The position numbers were made by a program, and so were the translations under genes. Shown piece by piece: positions 28,038 through 37,161 of a stretch of 64,000 bases of DNA. Each line of letters starts with the position of its first letter. The stretch's first letter is position 1. The notes below the pieces were generated by a model that was not told the origin of the DNA, made no database searches, and worked only from the letters and a program-made list of their open reading frames with translations. This DNA is from an uncultured Chloroflexales bacterium (GTDB taxonomy: Bacteria > Chloroflexota > Chloroflexia > Chloroflexales > Chloroflexaceae), in contig CALGUG010000019.1 in NCBI GenBank assembly GCA_937902315.1, forward strand, positions 8,426 through 72,425, in the 5' to 3' direction.

Positions 28038-28114
28038 GAAAAACGATTTTGTTTTGAGGAGGGCAGCACTGGAAGCGCAGCCTTTGCCGTGCTTCCGGTG
28101 AATGAGGGGAGATT

Positions 28115-28245
28115 ATCCTAAATCCAAAAGAACACTTTCTTTTCGGCCTTCGGCAGAGCTAAACTTGACTGTATTTGTTGTATGACATTTCGCGTCATAG
28201 CGCGAAATGTCATACAACTCCTTCCCTCGTTTTGTTTTTAGGAAG
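28115..28245. repeat. MITE-like repeat family B copy, hairpin variant GTTGTATGACATTTCGCGTCATAGCGCGAAATGTCATACAAC (28177-28218)
   Basis: Same architecture as 27882-28037, in tandem with it. Confidence 0.65.
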
Positions 28246-28268
28246 TGTGAAGGTCTTTAAGTTTGGTG

Positions 28269-29312
28269 TTAGCCCTGTTTGGGTGTACGCACAAAAGCGC
28301 AGAGCCATTCGACCAAAGCTTCCATATCGTCGAGGTTGCCGGTCTCGAAGGGGCTGTGGGTGTAACGCGCGGCGAAGGCGACCATCGCCGAAGGGATATC
28401 AGCCCGCATCAGGGCTGCGCCGTCGCTGCCGAACGAGCCGAAGATGGCGTGCTGGATCGGGATATTGTTGTCGTTAGCGACCTTCTCGAGCGCAGCGGTT
28501 AACTTGTGGTCGTAGTGCACCATGGCGTCTTTGTGAACCAAGACTGGGCCTTTGCCCAAGGCGAGCGGAATGGCCTGCTGGTTGACGGTCGGAATATCGC
28601 CCGCTAGGCCGATCTCAACCACGATGGCGGCATCGAAGTCTTCGCGCGCTGCCAGTGCCGACGCACCGATCAGACCGATCTCTTCTTGCACGCTGGCTAC
28701 CAATGTCACATCCCAAGCGCGCTCTTCGAGCGGAACACGGTGCAGCACTTCGCTGATCACGGCCAAAGGCACGCGGTCATCGAGCGCCTTGCCGACTACA
28801 TTGCGTCCGAACAGCTCGGTGCTGGCATGCCAAACGACGCGCGTGCCGGGGGTGACGCCGCGCTCTTGCAGCTCCTCAGCCGAGAGGCCAGTGTCGACCC
28901 AGAAGTCGTTCCACGTCAGCTCGGAGGGGTTGGGCAGGACCAGTGTGGCGGCGTGGCCGCTGGCCGAGGCGATCACGCCCGGAATGGGGCCGGAGCGAGC
29001 CAAAATCGTAACGCGCTGCCCGACTGTGAACCAGTCGCGCAGGCTGGTAGTACGCTGCCAAGCTTGGCCGTTGGCTAGCCAGAGAAAGCCGCGTGGGTCG
29101 ATCGCGCGCACCAAGTAGCAGAGCTCGTCGGCGTGGGCGATCAGCAGCAGTTTGGGGCCGGAGCCGTTGGTGCGGGCGATCACATTGCCGATCTTCGTAC
29201 GCTCGGTGCTTGCGCCCAGCTCTTGCCAATGCTTTTCGATATAGTCAAGGACGACCGCCTCTTGACCTACAGGGCCGTCAAGCTCGGTTAATTCTTTAAT
29301 CAGCTCGAACAC
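28269..29312 (-). CDS. M42-family aminopeptidase/endoglucanase (FrvX/PepA-like)
   Basis: 347 aa with typical M42 N-terminus (ELTELDGPVGQE…LLLIAHADE). Confidence 0.75.
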   Translation of the reverse strand: MFELIKELTELDGPVGQEAVVLDYIEKHWQELGASTERTKIGNVIARTNGSGPKLLLIAHADELCYLVRAIDPRGFLWLANGQAWQRTTSLRDWFTVGQRVTILARSGPIPGVIASASGHAATLVLPNPSELTWNDFWVDTGLSAEELQERGVTPGTRVVWHASTELFGRNVVGKALDDRVPLAVISEVLHRVPLEERAWDVTLVASVQEEIGLIGASALAAREDFDAAIVVEIGLAGDIPTVNQQAIPLALGKGPVLVHKDAMVHYDHKLTAALEKVANDNNIPIQHAIFGSFGSDGAALMRADIPSAMVAFAARYTHSPFETGNLDDMEALVEWLCAFVRTPKQG

Positions 29313-29392
29313 TGTCGCTTTCCTTGGAAGTTAGTAGATCGAACGCTGAGCGTATGCCATCTTGCTATTGACATACGCTCAAGCTACACGTT

Positions 29393-30484
29393 TTAGTCGA
29401 ATACGATCACAGAGCGCAGGGTCTCGCCCCGTTTCATGGCCTCAAAGGCCTCTTCGGTGTCGTTTAGATCGATGGTTCGGCTGACTACGCCGTCGAGGTT
29501 GAGCTTGCCTTGGCGGTACCATTCGGCCAGCATGGGGAAGTCGCGCGTGGGCAGACAGTCGCCGTACCACGAGACGCCCAGCTTGCCGCCCAAGTCGAAG
29601 AAGCGCTGCAGTTCGAGTTCGAGCTTGGGGCCCGGGCCGGGCACGCCGATCATAATACAGGTGCCAGCCAAGTCGCGCGAGAAGAGTGCCTGCTCGAGGG
29701 TTTGCGGGATACCGACCGCCTCGAAGGAGTAGTTGACGCCGAAGCCGCCCGTCAGCTCCTTGATCTTGGCGATAGGATCGCCTTGTTTGGGGTTGACGGT
29801 GTGGGTCGCGCCGAAGGCTTTGGCCCATTCCAGCTTTTGGTCGTCGAGGTCGACGGCGATGATCGTGGTCGCACCGGCGATTTTGGCGCCGCTGATCACG
29901 CTGTCGCCGACGCCGCCGCAGCCGAAGACCGCCACGCTGCTGCCGGGCTGTACCTCGGCGGCATAGAGCGCTGCGCCGACGCCTGTCATAACGCCGCAGC
30001 CGATCAGCGACATTTGAGGCGCTGGCAGTTTGGAATCATAGGGGACAGCTTGTTTGGCATGCACAAGGGTGTGAGTACAGAAGGTGCCGATGCCCAGTAC
30101 GGGGTTGAGGGTCAGGCCGTCGAGCGTTTGCATGCGCTTTTCGGCGTTTAAGCTGGCGGCGCAGAAATTGGGTTTGCCAGCTTTGCAGAAGCGACATTCG
30201 CCACAGGGAGCGCGCCACGCCAAGATCACATGGTCGCCCTCTTTGACGTTGCTTACGCCCGGGCCAACCGCCTCGATAATGCCGGCGCCTTCGTGCCCCA
30301 AGAGGAAGGGATAACCTTCCGTGCCATAGGTGCCGTTGCGAAAGCCGAGATCGGTATGGCAGACGCCAGAGGCGAGGATTTTGACACGCACTTCGTTCGG
30401 GCCCGGATCGCCGATCGTGAACTCTTCGATACTGACCGCTTCTCCGGGTTTGCGCGCAATCGCGCCACGAGCTGTGATCGCCAT
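29393..30484 (-). CDS. zinc-dependent alcohol dehydrogenase (class III / S-(hydroxymethyl)-thiol dehydrogenase-like)
   Basis: GVCHTD…GHEGAGIIEAVG…CGECRFC Zn-ADH motifs. ATG 30484 has a GGAGGTG RBS; the track's 37-aa N-extension is unlikely. Confidence 0.8.
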   Translation of the reverse strand: MAITARGAIARKPGEAVSIEEFTIGDPGPNEVRVKILASGVCHTDLGFRNGTYGTEGYPFLLGHEGAGIIEAVGPGVSNVKEGDHVILAWRAPCGECRFCKAGKPNFCAASLNAEKRMQTLDGLTLNPVLGIGTFCTHTLVHAKQAVPYDSKLPAPQMSLIGCGVMTGVGAALYAAEVQPGSSVAVFGCGGVGDSVISGAKIAGATTIIAVDLDDQKLEWAKAFGATHTVNPKQGDPIAKIKELTGGFGVNYSFEAVGIPQTLEQALFSRDLAGTCIMIGVPGPGPKLELELQRFFDLGGKLGVSWYGDCLPTRDFPMLAEWYRQGKLNLDGVVSRTIDLNDTEEAFEAMKRGETLRSVIVFD

Positions 30485-30645
30485 TGATACACCTCCAAAT
30501 ATTTGCGGATCTCTTCCACTTGTTGCTGTCGCCACAGTATACCAGAGAGCGCGCCCATTCTTCAAATAAACCTTTCGCTTTGGCAAGGCCAACAAAAGAG
30601 CGAATCAGCTTGATTCCACATAGTATTCTGCGGGCGCGCTCAGAC

Positions 30646-30745
30646 TCCCTTCTCCCGCCATTGCGGGAGAAGGGTCGGGGATGAGGGCAGGTTCTACGCT
30701 CTGATAGCCGAAGGCGGACGCGCTAGCAGCCGAATGGGAGGTTAC
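30646..30745. repeat. family A half copy (hairpin plus one terminus), inverted orientation
   Basis: CCCTTCTCCCGCCATTGCGGGAGAAGGGTCGGGGATGAGGG … GATAGCCGAAGGCGGACGCGCTAGCAGCCGAATGGGAGG. Confidence 0.6.
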
Positions 30746-30887
30746 AACCTTTTCGCCAATACAATACTTGACATAAGAAGCGGGCGCTGTTTGGGAGGAA
30801 ATGTAGCATGTCAGTGTGCTAAAAGGCTCGGGAATGAAATGGGGTGGCTAGGAACAGCCACCCCATCGCAGACGGTTGCGAAGCGTA

Positions 30888-33113
30888 CTAGCTTTGGTTG
30901 AGGAAGTCGCTTAGCTTCTGATTGGCCATGCTCGGCATCAAGGTTATAGCGCCTTGTAGCTTATAGATCACCTTCATCTGCTCGGGGCTGGCCTTGCTGG
31001 CTGCCACCTCCAGTGCCTCGCCGACGGTCAAGCTTGAGCGCTCCTCTTCGCTTAGCAAGGTCATCGCCAAGGCCCCTGCTTCGAGCAAAAGCGGCTGGAG
31101 CGCGTTGTTATCGAAGACATCGATGCTCTTGGCCGTGCTTTCGACCGTATGGCTGCCGTTGGGGCCGACAAAGCGGTCGACTAAGCGTCCGCCCAGATCC
31201 TTGAGCGGAGCGGGCGCAGTTTTGATCAGGTTGTCGAGGCCATCGCCGAAGCTGATCATACGCAATACATGCTGGGCGGCGTCGGGCGTGCCGTAGAGCT
31301 TGAAGTCCATGGAAGCCACCGCCTCGCCCAAAGCCTTGGCTTGGGCCACACCGATCTCGACTTGGGCGTTGACGCGGATGCGCTCGAGTTCGAGCTGCTG
31401 GGCCACACTGTCGTGGGCTGCCAGTGCGTCGGCCATTGCGCGCTGACCTTCGGCCTCGGCCAGGGCACGCGCTTTGATCGCCTCTGCTTCGGCCAGACCA
31501 CGGGCTTTGATCGCTTCCGCTTCGCGCTGAGCGGCTTCGGCCTTGGCTGCGATGATCTCGGCTTCGGCCAGACCAGGCGCGGCAGCGGCGGCGCGTTGGG
31601 CTTCGGCGCGCAGTTTTTCGGCGTCTGCCATGGCTTGGGCTTCGGTGCGGCGTGCCTCCGCCATCTTGATAGCGGCGGTCGCTTCGGCCTCGGCCTTCTG
31701 GTTGAGGGCGGTCGCTTCGGCCTCGGCATCTTTGATGCGCTTGAAGGCTTCGATCTCGACCTCGTTGCGGCGGTTGATCATCTCGCGCTGAGCGTCGCGC
31801 TCGGCATTGATGATCTGGATCTGGGCTTCGCGCTCGGCAGCCGCTCTCTCTTGAACGGTGTAGACTTGCTGCTCGGCGGCCTCTTTCTCTGCCGCGATCT
31901 TGAGGCGCTCGGCTTCGGCGCTCTCCAAACGGGCCTGCTCTTGGGCCAGCGCGATCAGACGCTCTTGGTTGGCGACCTGAATGGCCTGCTCGCGTAGAAC
32001 GGCGCTGCGTTGCACTTCGCGCTCGCGCTCTTGCTCGGCCAACTGAATGGCTTGCTGTTTGCGCTGCTCGGCCAGACGCACCGCTTGTTCCTTCTCTTGC
32101 TCGGCTTCGGCAACGGCGCGCTCTTTGAGCACACGGGCCAGCTCGGCGGCGCGCTGCTGTTCGTAGGCGGCCTGTTCGGCGGCGCTCTTCTCTTCGGCGA
32201 GGCGAATCGCGATCTCGCGCTGTTGGGTGGCGCGTGCTTGGGCCAAGTTGCGCTCAAGCGACAGCTTCTCTTGTTCGACAGCAGCGTTGCGAATCGCGAT
32301 CTGCAGTTCGGTGTTGCGCTCGATCTCGTTGGCTTCGTAGCGCGAGTTCGCGTTCTGACGAGCCAGCTCGATCTGTTTCTGCTGCTCGATCTCGTTGCGC
32401 TCGCGTTCGGCGGCTGCGTTGCGCTTAGCGATCTCGGTTTGGGTCAGTTGGTCGATCTCGTTACGCTCTTTCAAAGCGTTTTGGATCACTTGGGCGTTGG
32501 CGCGAGCTACTTGGGCACCGAAGACATCGTCGACGCCGAAGCTACCTTGGCGGGCGCTCTTGAGGGTAGTGATCGAGACCGACTCGAGCACTAGACCGTT
32601 TTCGGCCAAGTCGGCGCGCACCAAGTTTTGCACCCGCTCGACAAACTTTTCGCGCTCTTGGTGGAGCGACATCAGCGAGAAGGTCGCCGCTACATCGCGC
32701 AGGGCACCTTCCAGCTTGCTCTCGACCAAGCGTTTGACGCTATCGGTATTGACTTCGCCTCCACCGATGGTACGTGCCGCTCGCTCGATATCTTCGGCGA
32801 TCGGATTGACCTTGATGTAGAAGATGGCGCGAATATCGGCGTATTGCGGGTCGATAGTGAGCAGCGCGTTGGCTTCAGTACGCTCGATATCGATATCCAT
32901 CGTGCGCAGGTCGACCCAGGTGATCTGGTGGAGGGCCGGGAAGACCCAGCCGCCGCCGTTGAAGACCACCCGAGGTTTGCCGCTACCAGTTCGGACATAG
33001 GTTCGGTCTGCAGGCGCTTTAACATAAAAGCGCGAGATTGCGAAGCCGATCGCTAAAATGACGAGGATGATGACACCAGCGATGATCGCAATCGTGACAG
33101 CGAGGGTGGGCAT
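30888..33113 (-). CDS. flotillin-like SPFH/band-7 protein (YqiK/FloA family), 741 aa with extended Ala/Glu-rich coiled coil
   Basis: N-terminal TM plus SPFH domain, then ~350 aa of AEAEAIKARALAEAE-type coiled-coil repeats and a C-terminal flotillin tail. Confidence 0.8.
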   Translation of the reverse strand: MPTLAVTIAIIAGVIILVILAIGFAISRFYVKAPADRTYVRTGSGKPRVVFNGGGWVFPALHQITWVDLRTMDIDIERTEANALLTIDPQYADIRAIFYIKVNPIAEDIERAARTIGGGEVNTDSVKRLVESKLEGALRDVAATFSLMSLHQEREKFVERVQNLVRADLAENGLVLESVSITTLKSARQGSFGVDDVFGAQVARANAQVIQNALKERNEIDQLTQTEIAKRNAAAERERNEIEQQKQIELARQNANSRYEANEIERNTELQIAIRNAAVEQEKLSLERNLAQARATQQREIAIRLAEEKSAAEQAAYEQQRAAELARVLKERAVAEAEQEKEQAVRLAEQRKQQAIQLAEQEREREVQRSAVLREQAIQVANQERLIALAQEQARLESAEAERLKIAAEKEAAEQQVYTVQERAAAEREAQIQIINAERDAQREMINRRNEVEIEAFKRIKDAEAEATALNQKAEAEATAAIKMAEARRTEAQAMADAEKLRAEAQRAAAAAPGLAEAEIIAAKAEAAQREAEAIKARGLAEAEAIKARALAEAEGQRAMADALAAHDSVAQQLELERIRVNAQVEIGVAQAKALGEAVASMDFKLYGTPDAAQHVLRMISFGDGLDNLIKTAPAPLKDLGGRLVDRFVGPNGSHTVESTAKSIDVFDNNALQPLLLEAGALAMTLLSEEERSSLTVGEALEVAASKASPEQMKVIYKLQGAITLMPSMANQKLSDFLNQS

Positions 33114-33218
33114 GGTTGCTACCTTCTTTTGTTTGGACTCTTGCGAAACCTATTCATTTCCAAGCGCTAGCAAAAGCAGCGCTACCCTACAATGGTGACT
33201 GGCGCATTCGATTGAGTG

Positions 33219-33866
33219 TTAGTGGAGGAGGCGAGCGATAAAGCGGCGCTGTTGTTTGTCGTAAGCGATCAAGGCCACTTCGCTTCGTTCAGGCGCGCTT
33301 TGATCGCCCTCGAGCACAGCGTAAACGGTGTGGAGGGTGCCATGTGCATCGCGGATGCTCACTCGCCCATAACTAGAACTAATCGATGCACTGGTCACCG
33401 TTCCAGCGCGACCAACTAATTCTTCGATTCCGATAACAGCGCTATTTTCGGCCACGAATCGACCGATAAAGCGGCTGATTCGGCCCGTTACTAAGATCGA
33501 AACAAACAAAACGACAAGAATAACGATCAGGAAGAAGAAGGAAGGGTAGCTGCCAAACAGTGTGAGCAGCAGGCTATTGAGGATGAGACCCAAGGCTCCG
33601 ATCGAGCCGAGCAAGCTCATTAAAACGATCGCGAGCGGGATTTTGCCTATACCCAGTATTCCTAAAAATGCGGAGATGGGGCCATCGTGATCGGGAAGAT
33701 CGAGGTTGCCCGTGTGATCGAGGTCGACATCGTGATCGGCATCGACATCAAGGTCGGCGTCGCCTTCGCTGATGCCTCCTACGATTTGAAGCAAGGCAAA
33801 GATCGTACAACCTGCAAGGGCGATCAAAAACGGCAGATTATACCAATCGAGCAGAAATGCGAACAC
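33219..33866 (-). CDS. NfeD-like membrane protein (YqiJ family) with C-terminal OB-fold
   Basis: Acidic DxD-rich loop, three TM helices, NfeD-type C-terminal beta domain. Lies upstream of flotillin as in yqiJ-yqiK operons. Confidence 0.7.
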   Translation of the reverse strand: MFAFLLDWYNLPFLIALAGCTIFALLQIVGGISEGDADLDVDADHDVDLDHTGNLDLPDHDGPISAFLGILGIGKIPLAIVLMSLLGSIGALGLILNSLLLTLFGSYPSFFFLIVILVVLFVSILVTGRISRFIGRFVAENSAVIGIEELVGRAGTVTSASISSSYGRVSIRDAHGTLHTVYAVLEGDQSAPERSEVALIAYDKQQRRFIARLLH

Positions 33867-34063
33867 CGTAGTTCCTCTCCTCTTTCAGATAGGCCGATCC
33901 TTGTTTGTTAGTATATACGCGCCTGTGACCTTTTGGTTGCAACCGTAGAATAATTTTTAAAAATCTATGCTAACCCTCATCTGTTGAAAGCGAACTTTTC
34001 TATTGCTGGCATTCTATCATTTTTCCAACCCAAAGGCACGCCCAAGGCGTCGACGCTTCTAGC

Positions 34064-34515
34064 CATAAGTCATGCTTAAGCGCGTCCGCCTTCGGCTACC
34101 AAGTCATTTACCTTCCATTCAAGCCTACACCTCGCAGCTTGCGCTGCGACCTGCTCGGCGCATGCGCCTAGCAGGCTCAAACGCCGCCTTACGCTGCCGA
34201 TGTTGCTTTCCATGACACAAGCGGGGGCCTACTCGCTCCCTTCGCCCGCCTTCTATGCCTTACCCAAAAGTCGTGTCGGCAGCAAAAGGCGATCGTTCGC
34301 ATACCATCGCGGGAGTATCCTTGAGAGCACAGAAACATTCACCCCCTCGCCCGCAGTGCGGGAGAGGGGGCCGGGGGTGAGGGCCGATAACGCTGACTGT
34401 ATGTCGATTTGTGGCTAATGTACAGCTCCCGCAAAGGCGGGAGAAGGGTCGGGGATGAGGGTAGCTTCTCTGATCTGATAGCCGAAGGCGGACGCGCTAG
34501 AAGCCGAATGAAAGG
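34064..34515. repeat. composite/duplicated MITE-like family A element (two GGGAGARGGG-type hairpin modules between family A termini)
   Basis: AAGCGCGTCCGCCTTCGGCTACC at 34064-34090, hairpin modules at ~34335-34385 and ~34425-34465, then GATAGCCGAAGGCGGACGCGCTAGAAGCCGAATG at 34483-34515. Confidence 0.5.
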
Positions 34516-34607
34516 GCAAGACTTCGCCGCCAAAGCTTGCAGACGATCGATAGGCTGCGCTACCGGGCAGTGCAGTTTGAGCACGCGAAGCAGATTGCAC
34601 TCTGCCG

Positions 34608-34647
34608 AAGGCAAAAAATAACGAGTGTCGAATGTATCGACACTCGT
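34608..34647 (-). terminator. rho-independent terminator downstream of dnaN
   Basis: Minus strand ACGAGTGTCGATACATTCGACACTCGT hairpin followed by TATTTTTTGCC. Confidence 0.75.
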
Positions 34648-34669
34648 CAAGACAATTCTCAAAGTTCGC

Positions 34670-35803
34670 TTAGCGTACCGTCATCGGCATCACAAGGTGA
34701 ACATAGCCATCTTGGCCGACCGGCTTAAACACGCCCGGCGAGCGGGGTGTTTGGGTCTCGAAGGCCACTTGCGGCGTCTTGATCGCGGCCAGTGCATCTT
34801 GCAGATAGCGTACGTTGAGCGCGATCGGGCCGCCCTCGCCTTGCACCATGCCGTCGAGTTCGCCGGTGTTGTCGCCGACTTCGGCAGCGTTCGCGCTGAT
34901 GATCAGCTTGCCCGGGCCGATCTCGCCGCCCGGTTCGAGCGAGCACTTGACGGTGCTCTGGCTGGCGTTGGCAAAGAAGGAGGCCAGCTTAACCGCCTTG
35001 ATCATCTCTTGGGTGTCGAAGACGCTGCGGGTCGCGTAGGTAGTCGGAATAATGCGCTCGAAATCGGGGAATTTGCCATCGATCAAGCGCGAAACCAGAT
35101 CGGTGTTTTCGGTGTGGAAGAGCACCTGACCGCCCGAAGGGGTCACGGTGATTTCGACATTGCCTTCGGTATCGCCCAAAATGCGCGAAAGTTCGCTCAA
35201 GGTACGGGCTGGCACAATAAATTCTTGGGGATTTTCGACTGGTTCGGCCAAGGTGATGGTGCGTTTAGCGAGCCGGAAGCCATCGGTGGCAGCGAAGGTA
35301 GCCTCTTCGCCCTTGAGGCGAATGAGCACGCCCGCCAAAACTGGGCGCGAATCGTCGCTGGCGGCGGCGAAAGCGACCTGATCGATCGTCTCGCGCAGCA
35401 CATCGGGCGCCAGCGTTACAGTCGGCTCCTGATCAGAAATGGTAGGAATAGCAGGGAACTCTTCTGCTTCAATACCTTTGATATTGCTATTGAAACGCGC
35501 ACAGGTGACTTGCGCCGTCACAGTACGGGGGTCGAGGGCCAGAGTCACGCGGTCGTTGGGCAGGCTTCCGATCACATCGCTCAAGAGCTTTGCGGGAACG
35601 GTGACAGCACCTTCTTCCTCAACCTTTGCGCCGATCCAGCAGGTGATCCCTACTTCAAGATTCGTCGCTGCTAGCTTTAATCGGCCTCGGTCAGTGGCGA
35701 GCAACACATTCGAAAGCACAGGGAGTGTGCTCTTTCCAGCGACGGCATGGCTGACAGTCGCTAGCCCTTTTTTGAGGTTTTCTTGTAAGCAGGAAAGTCG
35801 CAT
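34670..35803 (-). CDS. dnaN: DNA polymerase III beta subunit (sliding clamp)
   Basis: Full-length DnaN similarity (MRLSCLQENLKKGL…LLATDRGRLKLAATNLE…). GAGGAA RBS. Confidence 0.9.
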   Translation of the reverse strand: MRLSCLQENLKKGLATVSHAVAGKSTLPVLSNVLLATDRGRLKLAATNLEVGITCWIGAKVEEEGAVTVPAKLLSDVIGSLPNDRVTLALDPRTVTAQVTCARFNSNIKGIEAEEFPAIPTISDQEPTVTLAPDVLRETIDQVAFAAASDDSRPVLAGVLIRLKGEEATFAATDGFRLAKRTITLAEPVENPQEFIVPARTLSELSRILGDTEGNVEITVTPSGGQVLFHTENTDLVSRLIDGKFPDFERIIPTTYATRSVFDTQEMIKAVKLASFFANASQSTVKCSLEPGGEIGPGKLIISANAAEVGDNTGELDGMVQGEGGPIALNVRYLQDALAAIKTPQVAFETQTPRSPGVFKPVGQDGYVHLVMPMTVR

Positions 35804-36483
35804 AAGTGAGGTTCCTCAGGTAATACATAAAAAATAAAAACAAGCACTAGATCTGTCCCATTATAACATACCGCGTTTGGAATCTTACTTCGTCGCAAGG
35901 CTGATTATCGCACTTTACGGCATTACATTCGATAATCGTACTATCAAATTAGTAGCTTTAGTAGCGGATTTTTCACTGAAAGATTTTCCAAGAGTGTGGT
36001 ATAAACAGAACAGACGATGCTACATTGTGTGCCTCGTCGAGGCAGCTTAGCACGAGCAGTGCTCGGGCACTTTTTCGGGCAGATTTGCGTCACATAGCTA
36101 GTGAGTTGTTGGGCATACACGCTCGCTGGCCGAAAACGAAATCTCTGTTGTTGCATTGGTTGTCTTATCGTATACTACGGGAGTGCTGACTAGGTGGTGT
36201 GGTTCGTTTCTATCAGAGCTACTCTGAGCACGGAATAGCAGCAAGCGCTTGTGGCTGCAGTGTGCCCTTGCGAGCCATTTAGTTCTGCCACGCTCTGCTG
36301 CAACCTACTCGATCTGTGTCGCCTCTTTGAAGGATCGTTGGGCTCAGATCGCTCGCGCCAGAGGAATGGGTTTGCTACGTCGCGACCACCTAGCGATTGT
36401 AAGATCGGGGCCAGATTGTAAAACGAACTTCAACAGCATAGATCATTCAAGCCGCGCACGGCCTAGAGAAGAATTCTTGTCCC

Positions 36484-37137
36484 ATGAAGTTACAGCTATC
36501 GGGCTACACGGTTGGCCCATTGGCCGAAAACTGCTATCTCCTTCACGCACCCACATCGAACGCAGCAGTTTTTATTGACCCTGGATTTAGCGCCCCAGAA
36601 CTGATCGCCCTGATCGAGGAGGAAGGCGTCGAGCTACAGGCTATTCTCTTGACGCACGCTCACCTCGATCATGTTGGTGCCTTGACACAGCTCCGGCGAC
36701 ACTTTGCTGTACCGGTCTACCTCCATCCTGCCGATAACCAATTACTCGGGCAAGCGCACCTTGAGTGGCGTCGCTTTGGTGTGCAGATCGAACCGATCGC
36801 ACCAGCCGAACGCGCCTTAGCTCACGGCGATCGCTTGCAATTTGGCGAGATCACGCTCGACGTGATCCACACGCCGGGCCATACCCCCGGTGGTGTTTGC
36901 TTTTATGCTGCCGACCAAGGCCTGTTGATCGGTGGCGATACCCTGTTTCGTAGAAGTGTAGGGCGCACCGATCTGCCGGGCGGCGATTTCGCAGCCCTCG
37001 AGCGCAGCATCCGTGAACGTCTCTACACGCTCCCCAATCCCGAGCAAATTGTGGTCTATCCCGGGCATGGAGAGCCAACAACTATACGCGAAGAAATGGA
37101 AGAAAATCCGTTTGTTGGTATACGTAGCACTACGTGA
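36484..37137 (+). CDS. gloB: hydroxyacylglutathione hydrolase-like MBL-fold enzyme (glyoxalase II family)
   Basis: THAHLDHVGA motif and GloB-like length (217 aa). Confidence 0.7.
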   Translation: MKLQLSGYTVGPLAENCYLLHAPTSNAAVFIDPGFSAPELIALIEEEGVELQAILLTHAHLDHVGALTQLRRHFAVPVYLHPADNQLLGQAHLEWRRFGVQIEPIAPAERALAHGDRLQFGEITLDVIHTPGHTPGGVCFYAADQGLLIGGDTLFRRSVGRTDLPGGDFAALERSIRERLYTLPNPEQIVVYPGHGEPTTIREEMEENPFVGIRSTT

Positions 37138-37161
37138 TACCTTGAAAGGTCTAACCAGCTT

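Noticed and set aside
35804-36250. oriC call upstream of dnaN
   Set aside because: Only degenerate TTATCG-type motifs are present. There is no cluster of consensus DnaA boxes and no dnaA gene, so it is kept as a low-interest finding rather than a feature.
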